The notes beneath the pieces are model-generated. The model was not told where the DNA came from and did not search any database. It saw only the letters and a list, made by a program, of their open reading frames with translations. Positions 1 to 8,237 of a stretch of 48,138 nt of DNA are shown piece by piece. The translations under genes and the position numbers were made by a program. This stretch comes from Candidatus Sericytochromatia bacterium (GTDB lineage: Bacteria > Cyanobacteriota > Sericytochromatia > S15B-MN24 > JAQBPE01): NCBI GenBank assembly GCA_035285125.1, contig JAYKHR010000007.1, positions 1 to 48,138 on the forward strand, given 5' to 3'. Position 1 is the stretch's first letter. Every line of letters begins with the position of its first letter.

Positions 1-61
1 GCGCTACGAGAAGCGCATCGAGCAGCGCACGGTCCGCCCGCGCGCGCAAGCGGGGGTGTGA
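1..61 (+). CDS. scoA: 3' end of CoA-transferase subunit A (partial)
   Basis: Frame 2 reads [19 protein letters not shown], a typical ScoA C-terminus, directly upstream of subunit B. Confidence 0.75.
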   Translation, partial: RYEKRIEQRTVRPRAQAGV

Positions 62-63
62 CC

Positions 64-723
64 ATGGCCTTCGACCGCAACCAGATCGCCGCCCGGATCG
101 CGCAGGAGCTGCGCGACGGCTTCTACGTGAACCTGGGCATCGGCATCCCGACGCTCGTGGCGAACTTCATCCCGGAGGGCGTCAGCGTCACGCTGCAGTC
201 CGAGAACGGGCTGCTCGGCATCGGCCCCTTCCCCGTCGAGGGCGAGGAGGACCCGGACCTCATCAACGCCGGCAAGCAGACCGTCACGACGCTGCCGGGC
301 TCCAGCTTCTTCTCGAGCGCCGACTCCTTCGCGATGGTGCGCGGCGGCCACGTGGACCTCACCATCCTCGGCGCCCTGCAGGTGGCCGAGAACGGCGACC
401 TCGCCAACTGGATGATCCCCGGCAAGATGGTCAAGGGCATGGGCGGCGCGATGGACCTCGTGGCGGGGGCCAAGCGCGTCATCGTGGCGATGGAGCACAC
501 CAGCAAGGACGGCGAGCCCAAGCTGCTCTCCCGCTGCACGCTGCCGCTCACGGGCAAGGGCGTGGTCGACATGGTCGTCACGGACCTCGCCGTCCTCGAC
601 GTGACGCCGGAGGGCTTCGTGCTCAAGGAGCTCGCGCCGGGCGTGACGGTGGAGGAGGTCAAGGCCAAGACCGGGGCGCCGCTCGCGGTGGCGCCGGGGC
701 TGACGGCGGCCCTCAGCGGATGA
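64..723 (+). CDS. scoB: 3-oxoacid CoA-transferase subunit B
   Basis: [14 protein letters not shown] (catalytic Glu), RGGHVD and GMGGAMDL motifs. Confidence 0.95.
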   Translation: MAFDRNQIAARIAQELRDGFYVNLGIGIPTLVANFIPEGVSVTLQSENGLLGIGPFPVEGEEDPDLINAGKQTVTTLPGSSFFSSADSFAMVRGGHVDLTILGALQVAENGDLANWMIPGKMVKGMGGAMDLVAGAKRVIVAMEHTSKDGEPKLLSRCTLPLTGKGVVDMVVTDLAVLDVTPEGFVLKELAPGVTVEEVKAKTGAPLAVAPGLTAALSG

Positions 724-2298
724 CGCGGATGCGGTTGTTGACCGCGTCCGCCACGTAGACCTTGCCGCTGGCGTCCACGGCCACGCCAACAGGGTTCCAG
801 AACTCTGCCTTTGCGCCCGGGCCGTCGGTGAAGCCCGGGGTGCCACTGCCCGCGAGGGTGGTGACGACGCCTTGCGGGGTGACCTTGAGGATGCGGTGGT
901 TGTCGCGGTCCGCCACGTAGACGTTGCCGCTGGCGTCGACGGCCACGCCGGAGGGGAAGCTGAACTGGGCCTCCGGCCCCGGGCCCTCGGCGAAGCCCAT
1001 CTGGCCACTGCCTGCGAGGGTCGTGACGACGCCTTGCGGGGTGATCTTGCGAATGCGGTGGTTGCCATAGTCCGCTACGTAGACGTTGCCGCTGGTGTCG
1101 ACGGCGAGGTTTTTGGGCCAGCTGAACCGGGCCTCCACGCCCGAGCCGTCGGCGAAGCCCATCTGGTCACTGCCCGCGAGCGTGGAGACGATGCCTTGTG
1201 CGCTGATCTTGCGGATGCTTTGGCTCTGGCCGGTCGGAGGAGCCTCCGTCACATAGACGTTGCCGCTGGCATCGACGGCCACGCTGGTGGGGATGTTGAA
1301 TTGTGCCTCCGCGCCCGGGCCGTTGGCGGAGCCGTAGGCGCCACTGCCCGCGAGGGTCGAGACCAGACCAGCGAGGGGGGCGGCTGTTGGCAGAGAGGCT
1401 TCGTTCGGCCCCGAGACGGGGGCTCCCGGCGACGGCGCCCCCTGCAGGGGAGAGGCCGCAGGCGAAGGCGCCCCGGCGGGCGTGGCGGGCCCTGGCGAGC
1501 TCCCCGTGGCGATCTTCTTGTCCAGCGCCGCTAGCTGCTGGCGGATCGCCGCGAGCGCCTGCCGGATCTCCCCGAGGATCCCCCGCAGCTCGGCCACCTC
1601 GGTCACGAGCTGGTCGATGGCCCGCTTCACCGAGGCCCGGTCCGAGAAGTTCGGCACGCGCTCGGGCGTCAGGCTGCGTGCCGTCACGTCGACGGCGCTC
1701 TGGAAGTTGGCCAGGTTGACGCCGACGAGGTCGCTGCCGGCGGACCCCTCGAGCACGTTGAGCGTGACGAGGGTCGTGGCCGGGCCAATGGGGGCCGTGA
1801 CGCCCGCAGTTCCCACCTTCGCGAGCGTGCGGAGTTGCCCGGTCGCGCCCGTGCTCATCGGCACCTCGGCCACGACGACGTAGCCCGCGTTGGCCGCCAC
1901 GCCTTCGAGGCGGTACCGGCCCTCGGCGTCCGTACGAACTGAGGCAATATCTGGCACGGGCTGGCCTGCCGCGTCGGCCAGGAAGACCTTCACGCCCACG
2001 AGGGGCTGGGCGTCGGCAGCCCGCAAGCGGTAGCCGAGGCCCCTGTCGGAGATGACCCCGGCATCGCCCTTCGGCCTCAGCCGGGTCCCGGCGTCGGTGA
2101 GCAGGTAGCCCGGCGCCGCTACAACACCCACCACCACCACCTTGGCGAGGGTGGGGCCGGGGCCGCCAGAGGTCGCCCGCGGCCCCCCGCGGCGCCGGGC
2201 CCGACGGGGGGGCCGGCCGTCCCGACCGGGGCCTGGCAGCCCAGCACCAGCAAGGCGAGGGCCACGATGGGGCGCACGCGGCGCAGGGGCTTGGACAC
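713..2298 (-). pseudogene. NHL-repeat lipoprotein (4 NHL repeats) with a frameshift near 2185
   Basis: GGAGG RBS and GTG at 2298 give SKPLRRVRPIVALALLVLGC (lipobox), homologous to the 4487 paralogue; homology continues in another frame (GPTLAKVVVVG) after a G6 run at 2183-2188. Confidence 0.8.
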
Positions 2299-2327
2299 GG
2301 GGCACACCTCCAGCAGGTGTAGGGTGC

Positions 2328-2353
2328 GTACCCTTGCTGGCAGGCCGTTTAAC
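2328..2353 (-). promoter_or_regulatory. Putative SigB/SigF-type promoter GTTAAA-N14-GGGTAC
   Basis: Conserved upstream of both NHL paralogues; resembles the sigma-B consensus GTTTAA-N12-14-GGGTAT. Confidence 0.45.
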
Positions 2354-2546
2354 GACTTGCGGGAGGCCCCTGACGCCGCGCTGGCCCCTCACCCGGCCTG
2401 CGGCCACCTTCTCCCGGAGCCCTGGTCTTTCCTGCCATCCTTCCCGCGAAGGGTATCTGGCGGGCACTTTTCGGCAACGAACAAGGGACGCAGCCACGTT
2501 TGCTGGTGCCCGCCGCCGCGAACAGCCCGGGGCCTTCGAGGCACCG

Positions 2547-4487
2547 TCAACGGATGACGCGGATGCGGTTGTTGTTGCGGTCCGCCACATAGACCCGGCC
2601 GCTGGCGTCCACGGCCACGCCATACGGGTAGGAAAACTGCGCCACCACGCCTGGTCCGTCGGTGAAGCCCCCGGTGCCAGTGCCCGCGAGCGTGGAGACC
2701 TCACCCTCCGGGGTGACCTTGCGGATGGCGTTGTTCCCGTTGTCCACCACGTAGACGTGGCCGCCGGCGTCAACGGCCACGCCATAGAGGTCGGAGAACT
2801 GCGCCGTCACGCCCGGGCCATCGACGAAGCCTGTGGTGCCGCTGCCCGCGAAGGTGGAGACCATGCCTTGCGGCGAGATCACGCGAATGCGGCAGCGGGT
2901 CTCCGCCACGTAGACGTGGCCGCTGGCGTCGACGGCCACGCCCATGGGCCCGCTGAAGCTGGCCTCCGCGCCCGGGCCGTCGGCGAACCCCCCGGTGATC
3001 CCCCCGGCGCCACTGCCTGCGAGGGTGGAGACGACGCCCTGCGGGGTGATCTTGCGGATGCGGTGGTTGTAGTAGTCCGCCACGAAGAGGTTGCCGCTGC
3101 CGTCGACAGCCACGCCATAGGGGCCGTTGAACTGGGCCTCCTCGCCCTGGCCGTCGGCGAAGCCCCAGGCCCCACTGCCGGCGATGGTGGAGACGAGGCC
3201 TTGCGGGGTGATCTTGCGGATGCGGTGGCTGGAGACTTCCCCCACGTAGACGTTGCCGCTGGCGTCGATGGCCAAGCTGGAGGGTCCGTTGAACTGCGCC
3301 ACCGCGCCCGGGCCGTCGGCGAAGCCCTTGGTCCCATTGCCCGCGAAGGTGGAGACGACGCCTTGGGGGGTGACCTTGCGGATCAGGTTGTTGGCGCGGT
3401 CCGCCACGTAGACGCTCCCATTGGCGTCGACGGCCACGCCGGTGGGATCGTTGAAGCTTGCAGCGGCGCCCGGGCCGTCGGTGAAGCCCACGGCGCCGCT
3501 GCCCGCGAGGGTGGAGACCACGCCAACGAATGTGGCAGCCGGAGAAGAAGGCGCTGCGCCAGCTCCCCGGGACACCTCCGGGGGGATGGCCGTCGCGGAG
3601 ATGGGGGGGCGGGGCTCGCCTGGGGCCAGTGAGGGTCCCACGGCCCCTGGCGAGCCCCCGCTGGCGTGCTTCTGGTCCGGCGAGGCAAGCTCCTTGCGGA
3701 TCTCCCCCAGGATGCCCCGCAGCTCGGCCACCTCCACCACGAGCTGGTCGATGGCCCGCTTCACGGAGGCCCGGTCCGCGAAGTCCGGCACGCGCTCCGG
3801 TGTCAGGCTGCGTGCCGTCACGTCGACGGCGCTCTGGAAGGTGGCCGGGTTGACGTCGACGAGGTCGCTGCCGGCGGCCCCCTCGAGCACGTTGAGCGTG
3901 ACGAGGGTCGTGGCCGGGCCAATGGGGGCCGTGACGCCCGCAGCCCCCACCTTCACTAGCGTGCGGAGCTGCCCGGTCTTGCCCGTGCCCATGGGCACCT
4001 CGGACACGACGACGTAGCCCGCGTTGGCCGCCACGCCCTCGAGGCGGTACCGGCCTTGCGCGTCCGTACGCACCGCGGGAACGTCTGGCACGGGCTGGCC
4101 TGCCGCGTCGGCCAGGAAGACCTTCACGCCCTTGAGGGGCTGGTCGTCGGCGGCCTGCAAGCGGTAGCGGGCCCCGTCGCTCGCCAAGGCTTGGCTGCCG
4201 TTGTTCGACACCACGCCCCCGCCCTGGTCCGAGATCAGCGTCGCCCCACGGGAGGTGCCCCCTGCTTCGCCCCCGGGCCTCAGCCGGGCCCCCCCGTTCG
4301 AGAGCAGGTAGCCCGGCGCCGCCACGACGCCCACCACCGCCACCTTGGCGAGGGTGGGGCGGGGGCGGCCAGCCGATCCGGCCCCACCCGCCGCCCCGGG
4401 CCCGACGGGGGTGCCCGGGGCCTGGCAGCCCAGCAGCAGCAGGGCGAGGGCCAGGATGGGGCGCACGCGACCCGGGGGCTTGGACAC
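2547..4487 (-). CDS. NHL-repeat (six-bladed beta-propeller) lipoprotein
   Basis: Lipobox LLLGC, SDQGG/SNNG repeats, TDAQGRY Ig/transthyretin-like domain, helical segment, six STLAG...GVAVDASGNVYVAD repeats. Confidence 0.9.
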   Translation of the reverse strand: MSKPPGRVRPILALALLLLGCQAPGTPVGPGAAGGAGSAGRPRPTLAKVAVVGVVAAPGYLLSNGGARLRPGGEAGGTSRGATLISDQGGGVVSNNGSQALASDGARYRLQAADDQPLKGVKVFLADAAGQPVPDVPAVRTDAQGRYRLEGVAANAGYVVVSEVPMGTGKTGQLRTLVKVGAAGVTAPIGPATTLVTLNVLEGAAGSDLVDVNPATFQSAVDVTARSLTPERVPDFADRASVKRAIDQLVVEVAELRGILGEIRKELASPDQKHASGGSPGAVGPSLAPGEPRPPISATAIPPEVSRGAGAAPSSPAATFVGVVSTLAGSGAVGFTDGPGAAASFNDPTGVAVDANGSVYVADRANNLIRKVTPQGVVSTFAGNGTKGFADGPGAVAQFNGPSSLAIDASGNVYVGEVSSHRIRKITPQGLVSTIAGSGAWGFADGQGEEAQFNGPYGVAVDGSGNLFVADYYNHRIRKITPQGVVSTLAGSGAGGITGGFADGPGAEASFSGPMGVAVDASGHVYVAETRCRIRVISPQGMVSTFAGSGTTGFVDGPGVTAQFSDLYGVAVDAGGHVYVVDNGNNAIRKVTPEGEVSTLAGTGTGGFTDGPGVVAQFSYPYGVAVDASGRVYVADRNNNRIRVIR

Positions 4488-4515
4488 GGGGCCACCTCCA
4501 GCAGGTAACTGGTCC

Positions 4516-4541
4516 GTACCCTTGCTGGCAAGGCACCTAAC
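4516..4541 (-). promoter_or_regulatory. Putative SigB/SigF-type promoter GTTAGG-N14-GGGTAC
   Basis: Same motif and spacing as 2328-2353, upstream of the GGAGG RBS. Confidence 0.45.
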
Positions 4542-4554
4542 GGGGGCTTATGCC

Positions 4555-4626
4555 CCTGATTCCGTGCTGGCTGCCGGTCAAGGCCACCGGCCTGATTCCG
4601 CGATAGCTGCTGACCGAGGCCACCGG
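4555..4626 (+). repeat. Imperfect 36-bp tandem duplication
   Basis: cctgattccg...aggccaccgg occurs twice (4555, 4591). Confidence 0.75.
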
Positions 4627-4660
4627 CCGGGCGTGGGAATGCTCGACGCCGGAAACCGCG

Positions 4661-4713
4661 CTCCCCTCTCCCCGGGCACCGGGGAGAGGGGCCGCGTCAG
4701 CGGGGGTGAGGGG
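4661..4713. repeat. REP-like palindromic repeat
   Basis: CTCCCCTCTCCCCG...GGGGAGAGGGGCCGCGTCAGCGGGGGTGAGGGG; similar copies at 5430 (partial), 16169 and 43616. Confidence 0.8.
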
Positions 4714-5279
4714 CCGCGCCGAGAGCTTCCAGGATGGCCCCTCGCAGGCCGCAGAGGTTGCTCACCACCTCAGGGTCTTGGAGTCTGAGCTCGCCCGGGA
4801 GCAAGATGGCCTCGAGCCGCTGGGCCTCCGACAGCCCCTGCGCCCGTGCTGTCCGCCAGCGACCCGAGGCCCAGCGGCCAGCCGTCCAGGTGCTCCGGCG
4901 ATCCGCCTTCGCCGTGGCCCGTGCCTGAAGCCGCTCATCTGGCAAGGATCAAGGCGTGTCGAAACAGGCTGCCCGATGGGCGACGATCAGGCCTGGTCTC
5001 TGGCTGAGCGTCACCTCCTGATCGCGAGGGTTCGCGCCGTGTTCGAGGCTGGCAAGGCCGTGGCCGTGATGGCCTTGTAACACGCTCGGCTGCAATGTCC
5101 TAGCGTTTGCCGAGGTGAACCATTGCCCTGGCGTTCCCGTGCCGGGCCGCATCCTCGAGTTGGAGCAGCGACATCCCGGAGTGGTCGACCTTCCCCGAGG
5201 CAGCCTGCGCGACGGTGCCCATCAGGACCACCAGCCCGGCAGCCAGAACCGCGCAACCCATTGGCCGCCATCTCAAACA

Positions 5280-5429
5280 AATCGAGGGCTTGCGGTCTCC
5301 CTGGAGACACAACGCCACGACCTCGGCCTTGAACTCTTCCGTGAAGTGCCGGCGTTCCTTCGACATGCGGACACCCTTTCGCTCCAAATTGTAAGTGGGA
5401 CAGGTGTCCACGAAACCGGGTCAAGTCCA
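5280..5429 (-). mobile_element. IS3-family left end with truncated OrfA
   Basis: Terminus TGGACTTGACCCGGTTTCGTGGACA; ATG at 5366 gives MSKERRHFTEEFKAEVVALCLQG (HTH_Tnp_1-like), after which homology stops. Confidence 0.75.
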
Positions 5430-5524
5430 GTCCGCGTCAGCCGGGATGAGGGCAATGCGGAATCAGGGGCGTGAGGCTTGTCGGCACCATCCAGGCTGAG
5501 CAGCCCTCGGCCGCCGGGCTGCTC

Positions 5525-6780
5525 TCAGCGGATGACGCGGATGCGGCCCGAGCCCGCCACGTAGACGTTGCCGCTGGCGTCGACGGCCACGCCTCGGAGG
5601 TCATTGAACTTCGATTCCGCGCCTGGGCCGTCAGCGAAGCCCGAGGTTCCGTTGCCCGCGAGGGTCGAAACAACCCCCAAAAGCGCAGCACCAGGCGACG
5701 GCGGCGCCAAGCTGGGCCCCGCGGAGGGGGCTGCCGGCTGCGGCGACGGCGCCCCTGGCGTGGGGGAGGTAACACCCGGCCCCGGGGACGCCTCAGAGGG
5801 TGGTAGCGTCGGGGAGGGCGTTGCGGCCCCTGGCGTGGAGATGGGCGCCGCCTCCGTCGGAGAGGCCGTCGGGGCAGCCAGGTCGACCGTGCCCCTGATC
5901 GTCTCCCCGGCCTTCGTCTCGAAGCTGTACGTCTCGCGGGCCACCGTCACCTCGCCGACGGGGAAGTCCGCCTGAGCCACGGACACGGCCGGGCCCTCGG
6001 GCGCCGCGGGCTGGCGGGCCGCCACCACCAGCACCTCGTGCACGGCCTCGAACACGGCCGCCGTGACCTGCACAGGTCTGCCAGCCCCTGCCGGAACGCG
6101 GCCGGGTCCTGCAGCTGGCCCTCCGCGCCCACCGTCGCCAGCAGGCGGGGCGCCAGCGCAGGCGCCGGCTCGAGGGCCACCGCCACTGCCCGGGCCGCTC
6201 CGCTGGCGACCTCGAGGGCCCGGTCCAGCTGGCCGGGGGCCTCCGTCCGGAGCTGCACCTTCAGCGCGCCCGCGAGGGCCTGGGTCGCCACGGTCGTCGC
6301 CACCCCGAGCCGCAGCGACAGCGCCACCTCGCCCGCCCCCTGCGTGAGGCCGTAGCCCCGGCCTGCCGCCAGGGAGCCGCCGTCGTTGGCGATCACGCCG
6401 CTGCCTCGGTCCCCGATCAGGCTCCCGCCGCCTGCCACGGCCTGGATGGCCCGGCCTGATCGCACATCGACCACCGTCGTCAGCGCCTGCCCCGCGCGGC
6501 TCGCTACCACCCTGACCAGCCGGGCTGGCGTCCCGGCCGGCAGCGTCAGCGTGAACCGCCCCCGCGCATCCGTGCTGGCCGCGTCCTCGGCGCCCAGCGT
6601 GCGGGCCGTGACGAGGTTCACGGCCCGCACGCGCGCGCCCCCGAAGGCCTCTCCCGTCAGCTCCGCCAGCCCCTCGAGGCGCACGCGTTGCGGCAGCGGC
6701 GGGAGGCCTCGCCCGCGGGCGTCACCATAGTGGCTCCGATGGAGGTCGTGGTCCGCCACGGAGACGCGGCCGCCAGCCAT
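5525..6780 (-). pseudogene. Degenerate SDxGG-repeat / single-NHL protein, frameshifted near 6073
   Basis: TDARGRF domain and LIGDRGSGVIANDGG repeat in one frame; continuation with one NHL repeat ending RIRVIR in another; no intact signal peptide. Confidence 0.7.
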
Positions 6781-6844
6781 CAGCCTGTCTGAAGCAGCCC
6801 GCGTCAGCCCGATCGGTCGGTCTGATGGTTCGGTTCGTCACCCC

Positions 6845-6871
6845 GTTTCAGGGTTGCCCAGGCTCGGGTAT
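6845..6871 (+). promoter_or_regulatory. Putative SigB-like promoter GTTTCA-N15-GGGTAT
   Basis: Close match to the sigma-B consensus ~80 bp upstream of the 6949 ORF. Confidence 0.5.
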
Positions 6872-6948
6872 CAGGACTATAGGGTTCCTTCCGTACGGGC
6901 ACCCAACCTAACGCCCAGCCGGGCGAGCAGAATTTTCGGAGGTGACAC

Positions 6949-7173
6949 GTGGGAAACCCGATTAGCGGCGCGATGAACGCACTTGGTGGGCTGGCGCAGA
7001 ACATCGGCAAGGTCTTTGCAGGCCCTCCTGCGCGTCGGGATCAGTTCCCCGAGACCGTCGGCAGCCCCCCGAGCGGCCAAGGGGCCGATCCGCGGAGCCA
7101 GTTCCCCAAGACGGTGGGCGACCAGGCCCACGTGTCGGGCGGCGGCGGCTCGTCCTCCCTCGAGCTGAAGTAG
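6949..7173 (+). CDS. Small hypothetical protein (74 aa) with internal QFPxTVG repeat
   Basis: GGAGGT RBS before GTG, high-GC3 codons, QFPETVG/QFPKTVG repeat. Confidence 0.65.
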   Translation: MGNPISGAMNALGGLAQNIGKVFAGPPARRDQFPETVGSPPSGQGADPRSQFPKTVGDQAHVSGGGGSSSLELK

Positions 7174-7405
7174 GGGCACGCGGAGCTCTCCCGCGCCCCG
7201 ACCCTGGCCCCGCGCCTCCCGTTCAGCCGGGAGACGCGGGGTTTTCGTTTGAGGCGCCCGTGCCTGCGCCGCGCTGCCTGCTGGTGTTGAGCCCGAGCGG
7301 GTGTCGCTGCCGGGGGCTCGGGGGTTGCGCCCCGGGCCGGGGTGGGCTGGGGGAAACCGTTCGGCCCCCGGGCTCCCGTCGCCGCGGCCACGTAGAGTAC
7401 TTCCA

Positions 7406-7440
7406 TTGACAGCATAGTCTGATTATCGGATAATCTGCTT
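7406..7440 (+). promoter_or_regulatory. Sigma70 promoter (TTGACA-N17-GATAAT) with overlapping palindromic operator; leaderless transcript
   Basis: GATTATC-G-GATAATC palindrome (7421-7435) overlaps the -10; ATG lies 7 nt after the -10 with no RBS. Confidence 0.8.
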
Positions 7441-7719
7441 ATGCGTAAGCGAAAGGTCAGTGCCACCGAAGCCGCGAGGAACTTCTCCGACATCGTGGGG
7501 CAAGTCCGCTACCAGGCGACCAGCTTCGAGATCCTCAAGGGGAAGGAGGTCGTGGCTCAGCTTGTGCCCGCGCGCGCTGCATCCCCGAGCACCCTCCAGG
7601 AACAGATCCTGCAGCTGGCCGAGGGGGCCCACCTCGCGGCGGAGGACGTTGGCGCTTATGCGGCCGACGTGGCGACCAGTCGGCACCAGCTGACGCTCGG
7701 TGAGTCGGAATGGGGATGA
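7441..7719 (+). CDS. Type II antitoxin, Phd/YefM family
   Basis: VSATEAARNFSDIV...FEILKGKEVVAQLVP Phd-type N-terminus; ATGA overlap with the PIN toxin. Confidence 0.88.
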   Translation: MRKRKVSATEAARNFSDIVGQVRYQATSFEILKGKEVVAQLVPARAASPSTLQEQILQLAEGAHLAAEDVGAYAADVATSRHQLTLGESEWG

Positions 7720-8120
7720 TCCTCGACACGGGGGTCCTGATTGCCCTTGAGCGCCTGCGGGCGGCCTCGCTGTTGGCAAAGTGGGAGCACCACGGCCCGG
7801 GGTACCTCAGCGCCGTTACCTGCTCCGAGCTGCTGGTCGGCGTCCACAAGGCAGACACCCCCCAGCGCCGGGCCCAACGCTCGGCCTTCGTCGAGAACCT
7901 GCTCGAGACCTTTCCCGTGCTCGAGTTCGACCTGCCCGCTGCCCGGGCGCACGCCCAGCTCCTGGCCCAGATGCCCCGAGGCGTGGTGGTCGATGCCCAC
8001 GACATGCTCATCGGGGCGACGGCCCTGCGGCACGGGATGCCGGTGCTGACCGGGAACGGAAGGGACTTCGGGCGCATTCCTGGCCTGGAGGTGCTGGACT
8101 TCAACGCAGCCCTGCCGTGA
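7716..8120 (+). CDS. vapC: Type II toxin, PIN-domain ribonuclease (VapC family)
   Basis: ILDTGVLI, SELLVG, DMLIGATA and LTGNGRDF PIN motifs. Confidence 0.92.
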   Translation: MILDTGVLIALERLRAASLLAKWEHHGPGYLSAVTCSELLVGVHKADTPQRRAQRSAFVENLLETFPVLEFDLPAARAHAQLLAQMPRGVVVDAHDMLIGATALRHGMPVLTGNGRDFGRIPGLEVLDFNAALP

Positions 8121-8237
8121 GCGCGGCCAACCCTTGGGCGCGGCCCTCCCTCGGCGACCCTGGCTTGCCCCGGCCAGTCGCCTGAAGGCCCGGGGAAGGC
8201 CTCGGCTGACGCTGGCACCGCCGGGTATGACACCAGC

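Larger units (their letters stand above)
4552..5470. mobile_element. Decayed element bounded by perfect 13-bp inverted repeats, containing REP-like hairpins and an IS3 fragment
   Basis: GCCCCTGATTCCG at 4552-4564 and CGGAATCAGGGGC at 5458-5470; related ends recur at 4591, 16220 and 43476. Confidence 0.6.

Noticed and set aside
2299..2785. N-terminal extension of the 713..2785 ORF
   Set aside because: Overlaps the neighbouring gene out of frame; the real start is 2298 in another frame
4555..4626. 36-bp repeats as a mini-CRISPR
   Set aside because: Only two abutting imperfect units and no spacer
713..5680. Diversity-generating retroelement acting on the NHL C-termini
   Set aside because: No reverse transcriptase in the window, and differences between copies are not visibly adenine-specific
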